Positions 59,975 to 64,000 of a stretch of 64,000 nucleotides of DNA are shown piece after piece. Origin of the DNA: Bacteroidota bacterium (GTDB lineage: Bacteria > Bacteroidota > Bacteroidia > B-17B0 > Aurantibacillaceae); the NCBI GenBank assembly GCA_963169355.1, contig CAUJCR010000007.1, positions 31,637 to 95,636 on the forward strand, read 5' to 3'. Each line of letters starts with the position of its first letter. Position 1 is the stretch's first letter. The notes under the pieces are model-generated. The model worked only from the letters and a program-made list of their open reading frames with translations. It made no database searches and had not been told where the DNA came from. Position numbers and translations under genes: made by a program.

Positions 59975-60649
59975 CTAAGCTGCCAATTTTAGTGTGTGCT
60001 TTAAATCAAATTCTTTTAGAACGCTAAATTTACTGGCTGTGCCATACTCAATGGTTCGTTGTAAAACACTAATTTGATAACAATTAAACTGATCTTTTAT
60101 GCTTCTGTTTTTAAAAAGCGAGGCTATTTTATCAAATTTATGTCGAGGGATGGTGCGTGCAATGGTAAGATGCGGAATAAACGTACGCACTTTTAATCCT
60201 AATAATTGATGCAAGTCGTGATAAAGCTGATTTAATGAATCTGTTTTATGAACATGAGCATAAAGTGTATTGGATACGTTACCATGTTCAAAATGCGCAA
60301 AGCCATCTATTTGTATTTCAAAATTGGAATTTCTATCTAATAATTGTTGAACGGCTGTAATGAAATTTTGATTCACAGGTCGCATGGTATGAAACGACAT
60401 TAAGGTAATATTGGGCGTAGCAAACACGTTATAATCACTTAAACCTATTAATTTATGTAACCTTAGCTTTAGTTGCTTAATTGACTGTGAAAGGGTAGGT
60501 GGTAAATTAATCACAAAAAAATACTGATACACGGTATTAAGCTGATTACTTTCTTGAGTACTTGTGTTGCTTGCTGGAAATAGCGATAACTGCGCTGTTC
60601 CTTGTGTTGAATTAAGTTGTGCTGTATTCATGGCTATAATTATTAACAA
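59975..60649 (-). CDS. 2H phosphoesterase / 2'-5' RNA ligase (LigT/ThpR-like) superfamily protein with atypical first motif
   Basis: Second H-x-T motif is intact (IPHLTIART). The first reads TPNITLMSF, with Asn where His is expected. It has a 40-aa N/Q/S/T-rich N-terminal extension. Confidence 0.65.
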   Translation of the reverse strand: MLIIIAMNTAQLNSTQGTAQLSLFPASNTSTQESNQLNTVYQYFFVINLPPTLSQSIKQLKLRLHKLIGLSDYNVFATPNITLMSFHTMRPVNQNFITAVQQLLDRNSNFEIQIDGFAHFEHGNVSNTLYAHVHKTDSLNQLYHDLHQLLGLKVRTFIPHLTIARTIPRHKFDKIASLFKNRSIKDQFNCYQISVLQRTIEYGTASKFSVLKEFDLKHTLKLAA

Positions 60650-60717
60650 AATCTTGTTACAAAATTACTATAAATACAAACGGTAACTTGCTATAATTTG
60701 TAGCAAGTTGCTTTTTA

Positions 60718-60757
60718 ACAAAAAAATAGGCTGACTTAACTTAAGCCAGCCTATTTT
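60718..60757 (-). terminator. Rho-independent terminator of clpB
   Basis: AATAGGCTG-(13-nt loop)-CAGCCTATT. On the minus strand it is followed by TTTTTT. Confidence 0.8.
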
Positions 60758-60774
60758 AGTAAAGTAAAGAATCT

Positions 60775-63369
60775 TTAGTTTCTAAACACAATTTGGTTTT
60801 CAAACATATCTACAATAATTTCTTTATCCTTATTAACCTTATCGGCCAATATTTGTTTAGATAACTCATTCAGAATTTGTTTTTGTAAGGTACGTTTTAC
60901 AGGACGAGCCCCAAAGTGTGGATCGTAACCCAATTGAGCCAACCAATCAATCGCCTCCTCGGTAGCGCTTATTTTAATATGTTGTTCTTCTAATCGTTTG
61001 GCAATGCTCATAAACTGTAATCGAACAATATTAGTTACATCTTCGCGCGATAGAGGTTCAAACATAATGACTTCATCTATTCTGTTTAAAAACTCTGGGC
61101 GGATGGTTTTCTTTAATAATTCAAATACCTCGTTTTTAGTTTTAGATAACACTTGTTCTTTATTGCCCTCATTCATGTCATCAAAGTTTTCTTGTATAAG
61201 ATGCGAGCCAATATTACTTGTCATAATAATAATGGTGTTTTTAAAATTCACCGTTCTACCTTTGTTATCGGTTAATCGCCCATCATCTAACACCTGAAGT
61301 AAAATATTAAAAACATCGGGGTGTGCTTTTTCTATTTCATCTAATAAAATAACACTATATGGTCGGCGACGCACAGCCTCGGTTAATTGTCCTCCCTCAT
61401 CAAAACCTACATAACCCGGAGGCGCACCAATTAAGCGACTTACAGCATGACGCTCTTGATACTCACTCATATCAATACGAGTCATTGCATTTTCGTTGTT
61501 AAACAAATAATCGGCTAATGCTTTAGCTAACTCGGTTTTACCAACGCCAGTAGTTCCTAAAAATATAAACGAACCAATTGGTTTTTTAGCATCTTGTAAT
61601 CCCGAACGGCTTCTTCTTACGGCATCAGAAATGGCCTCGATAGCTGCGTGTTGCCCTACTACACGTTTGTGTAATTCATCTTCTAAGTACAACAATTTTT
61701 CTTTTTCACTTTGTACCATTTTTGATACTGGAATACCAGTCCAGGCACTAATAACATCGGCAATATCTTCGCTATCTACTTCTTCTTTTACTAATTGCGA
61801 GCCACTTTCTTTCGCCTCGGTAAGCTTAGCTTCTAACTCTTTTAATTTTGCTTCTGCCTCTTGAACTCTACCATAACGTATCTCGGCTACTTTTCCAAAA
61901 TCGCCTTGTTTTTCGTAGTTTGATGCTTGCAATTTTAAATCTTCAATTTGTAATTTTATTTTTTGAACACCTTCAATTGCTTCTTTTTCACTTTGCCATT
62001 TAGCTTTTAATGCCGAACGTTTATCATTAAGCTCTGCTAATTCTTTATTTAGTTCAGTAACTTTTGAGTCCTCGCCCTCACGTTTCATAGCCTCGCGCTC
62101 AATTTCAAGTTGCATAATTTTACGTTCTACTTCATCAAGTTCAATAGGCATCGAGTTAATTTGCATTCTTAATTTAGAGGCGGCTTCATCCATTAAGTCA
62201 ATGGCTTTATCGGGTAAAAAACGATCGCTAATGTATCGAGTGGAAAGCTCTACAGAGGCAATAATGGCTTCGTCTTTTATACGCACTTTGTGGTGTGTTT
62301 CATATTTTTCTTTTATACCACGCAAAATAGAAATTGCATCTTCTTCGCTTGGTTCATCTACCATTACCTTTTGAAAACGACGTTCAAGAGCTTTATCTTT
62401 CTCAAAATATTTTTGATACTCATTAAGTGTGGTGGCTCCAATGGCTCTTAACTCGCCACGAGCTAAAGCGGGTTTTAAAATATTAGCCGCATCCATTGCG
62501 CCCTCGCCACCACCGCCAGCACCTACTAAGGTATGTATCTCATCAATAAATAAAATAATCTCTCCATCCGAATTGATTACTTCTTTTACAACCGATTTTA
62601 AACGTTCCTCAAATTCGCCTTTGTATTTAGCGCCAGCAATTAACGCACCCATATCTAAAGAGTACACTTGTTTTGATTTTAGATTTTCGGGTACATCACC
62701 AGCAATGATACGATGTGCTAAACCTTCGGCAATGGCGGTTTTACCAACTCCTGGCTCACCCACTAAAATAGGATTGTTTTTAGTTCGGCGAGATAAAATT
62801 TGCAGTACTCTTCGTATCTCATCGTCACGCCCAATAACTGGGTCGAGTTTTCCGTTTCGGGCTTGCGTGTTTAAGTTAATGGCATATTTATTAAGTGAGT
62901 TATAGGTTTCCTCAGCCGATTGACTGGTAACGGTAGAGCCTTTACGCAATTCAGCAATAGCCAATTTTAATTCTTTTTCTTTGATATGGTTATCTTTCAT
63001 TAATTGCGCTACTTGATCGCCACTAGCTAAAATACCTAACAAAAGATGCTCGATAGAAACATACTCATCTTTAAATTCTTTTAAATAATTAGTAGCCTTT
63101 GCAATGGTTTGGTTAGCCGCATTAGACAAGTACGGTTGTCCGCCACTTACTTTGGGATAAGAATTTAAAATGGCATCAATAGTTTTTGAAAATACCGATT
63201 GATTAACGCCTAGTTTTTTTAGTACAAAAGGGGTAACGTTTTCATCTACCTCAAGAATAGCTTTGAGGATATGACCGTTTTCTATGGCTTGATTGCCATT
63301 TGCTGTTGCAAGAGTGATAGCTTGTTGGATAGCCTCTTGCGATTTAATAGTGAAGTTATTTAAGTTCAT
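60775..63369 (-). CDS. clpB: Chaperone disaggregase ClpB
   Basis: Two AAA+ modules ([18 protein letters not shown]), a long middle coiled-coil domain, 864 aa. Confidence 0.95.
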   Translation of the reverse strand: MNLNNFTIKSQEAIQQAITLATANGNQAIENGHILKAILEVDENVTPFVLKKLGVNQSVFSKTIDAILNSYPKVSGGQPYLSNAANQTIAKATNYLKEFKDEYVSIEHLLLGILASGDQVAQLMKDNHIKEKELKLAIAELRKGSTVTSQSAEETYNSLNKYAINLNTQARNGKLDPVIGRDDEIRRVLQILSRRTKNNPILVGEPGVGKTAIAEGLAHRIIAGDVPENLKSKQVYSLDMGALIAGAKYKGEFEERLKSVVKEVINSDGEIILFIDEIHTLVGAGGGGEGAMDAANILKPALARGELRAIGATTLNEYQKYFEKDKALERRFQKVMVDEPSEEDAISILRGIKEKYETHHKVRIKDEAIIASVELSTRYISDRFLPDKAIDLMDEAASKLRMQINSMPIELDEVERKIMQLEIEREAMKREGEDSKVTELNKELAELNDKRSALKAKWQSEKEAIEGVQKIKLQIEDLKLQASNYEKQGDFGKVAEIRYGRVQEAEAKLKELEAKLTEAKESGSQLVKEEVDSEDIADVISAWTGIPVSKMVQSEKEKLLYLEDELHKRVVGQHAAIEAISDAVRRSRSGLQDAKKPIGSFIFLGTTGVGKTELAKALADYLFNNENAMTRIDMSEYQERHAVSRLIGAPPGYVGFDEGGQLTEAVRRRPYSVILLDEIEKAHPDVFNILLQVLDDGRLTDNKGRTVNFKNTIIIMTSNIGSHLIQENFDDMNEGNKEQVLSKTKNEVFELLKKTIRPEFLNRIDEVIMFEPLSREDVTNIVRLQFMSIAKRLEEQHIKISATEEAIDWLAQLGYDPHFGARPVKRTLQKQILNELSKQILADKVNKDKEIIVDMFENQIVFRN

Positions 63370-63564
63370 ATTGATATTGTTTTTTTGGTTTAAGTTTGAA
63401 ACTGTTTTTTTACAAAACTTTCAATTACAATAAGCTATCCTCAAGGAATGTTCCAGTTAATTTTTTATGAAATAAAGTCGCGAAACCGCATTGCAATGCG
63501 CCTTTTTGGCGGATTAGCTCATTTTTTTATGACGAGATTTCAGATAGGTTATCGTTTTTTGAAA

Positions 63565-63999
63565 TCAAACTTTTGGGATATGATAACCTGCTTTTTCTGC
63601 GGGGTAAGCATTAAAAGTACCTATTGCTTTGGCGATGGTGCAGTTTCTTTTTTCGCAAATAATATCGCCACTCACTACTAGTAAACGTTTGCCTTGTTGC
63701 TCCACTTTACCTATTCCTTTTAATTCATCTCCCTCGAAAGCGGCATTTAAAAAATTAATTTTAAACTCAACTGTCGAAACAATTTGCTGATGCTGTTGAG
63801 TAGCCGATAAGGCAGTAACACCAAGCAAACCATCCATTAACCCAGCAATAACCCCACCGTGTGCCGCTTGTGGTGTTGCTAAATGATTGGCATTTATCGT
63901 TAAAAAATAATGTACTAAGCCTGGTTCAATAACTTTAAATTCCATGCCTAAGTATTTACCATATTGGTTGTGTGTATTGTATTGTTCAATTAAGTTCAT
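63565..63999 (-). CDS. PaaI-family hotdog-fold thioesterase
   Basis: AHGGVIAGLMDGLLGV motif, 144 aa. The start codon is at 63997-63999, just inside the window. Confidence 0.75.
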   Translation of the reverse strand: MNLIEQYNTHNQYGKYLGMEFKVIEPGLVHYFLTINANHLATPQAAHGGVIAGLMDGLLGVTALSATQQHQQIVSTVEFKINFLNAAFEGDELKGIGKVEQQGKRLLVVSGDIICEKRNCTIAKAIGTFNAYPAEKAGYHIPKV

Positions 64000-64000
64000 A

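Noticed and set aside
55842-59975. Possible integrative island using the tRNA-Gly/tRNA-Leu locus as an attachment site
   Set aside because: There is no integrase, and I could find no direct repeat of the tRNA 3' end downstream. The gene immediately after the tRNAs is core hrpB.
63370-63450. Imperfect palindrome TTGAAAgttttgt-aaaaaa-acagTTTCAA upstream of clpB as a heat-shock operator (CIRCE/HAIR-like)
   Set aside because: It does not match the CIRCE consensus, the symmetry is weak and AT-rich, and function cannot be supported from sequence alone.

Overview
AT-rich (roughly mid-30s % GC by eye) chromosomal segment from a Bacteroidota genome, probably a Flavobacteriia-like glider. The phylum call rests on a T9SS type-B (CHU_C) C-terminal sorting domain, SprB-type repeats, TAnnTTTG -7 promoter boxes, and DUF4175/DUF4292/DUF3179 genes. 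Most of the window is housekeeping: purN, dnaX, an ABC-F ATPase, rimK, pepD, purD, selU-selD, dxs, ybeY, clpS, mutS, tRNA-Gly/tRNA-Leu, hrpB and clpB. Three very large, repetitive envelope proteins dominate it: a 3420-aa T9SS adhesin, an 1191-aa DUF4175-like coiled-coil protein, and a ~2260-aa TPR/PD40/coiled-coil/SPOR protein. I found no CRISPR array, cas genes, prophage, integrase or recognisable defence system. The observations most worth follow-up are: (1) an intact REP-associated tyrosine transposase (RAYT) sitting in a partly duplicated REP-hairpin array that seems to have truncated its neighbour; (2) an A10 run in dnaX with stops in both alternative frames, a candidate tau/gamma recoding site; (3) a giant SPOR-anchored PD40 protein next to a TPR / DUF4292 / degenerate-LytM cluster; (4) a four-gene translationally coupled unit containing an orphan RsbW-like kinase and ybeY; (5) an AT-rich orphan gene pair between hrpB and a 2H-phosphoesterase gene; (6) a 176-bp imperfect inverted repeat in a long spacer; (7) a patatin-like protein lacking its nucleophile serine. 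All functional calls come from reading the translated motifs, with no database search.
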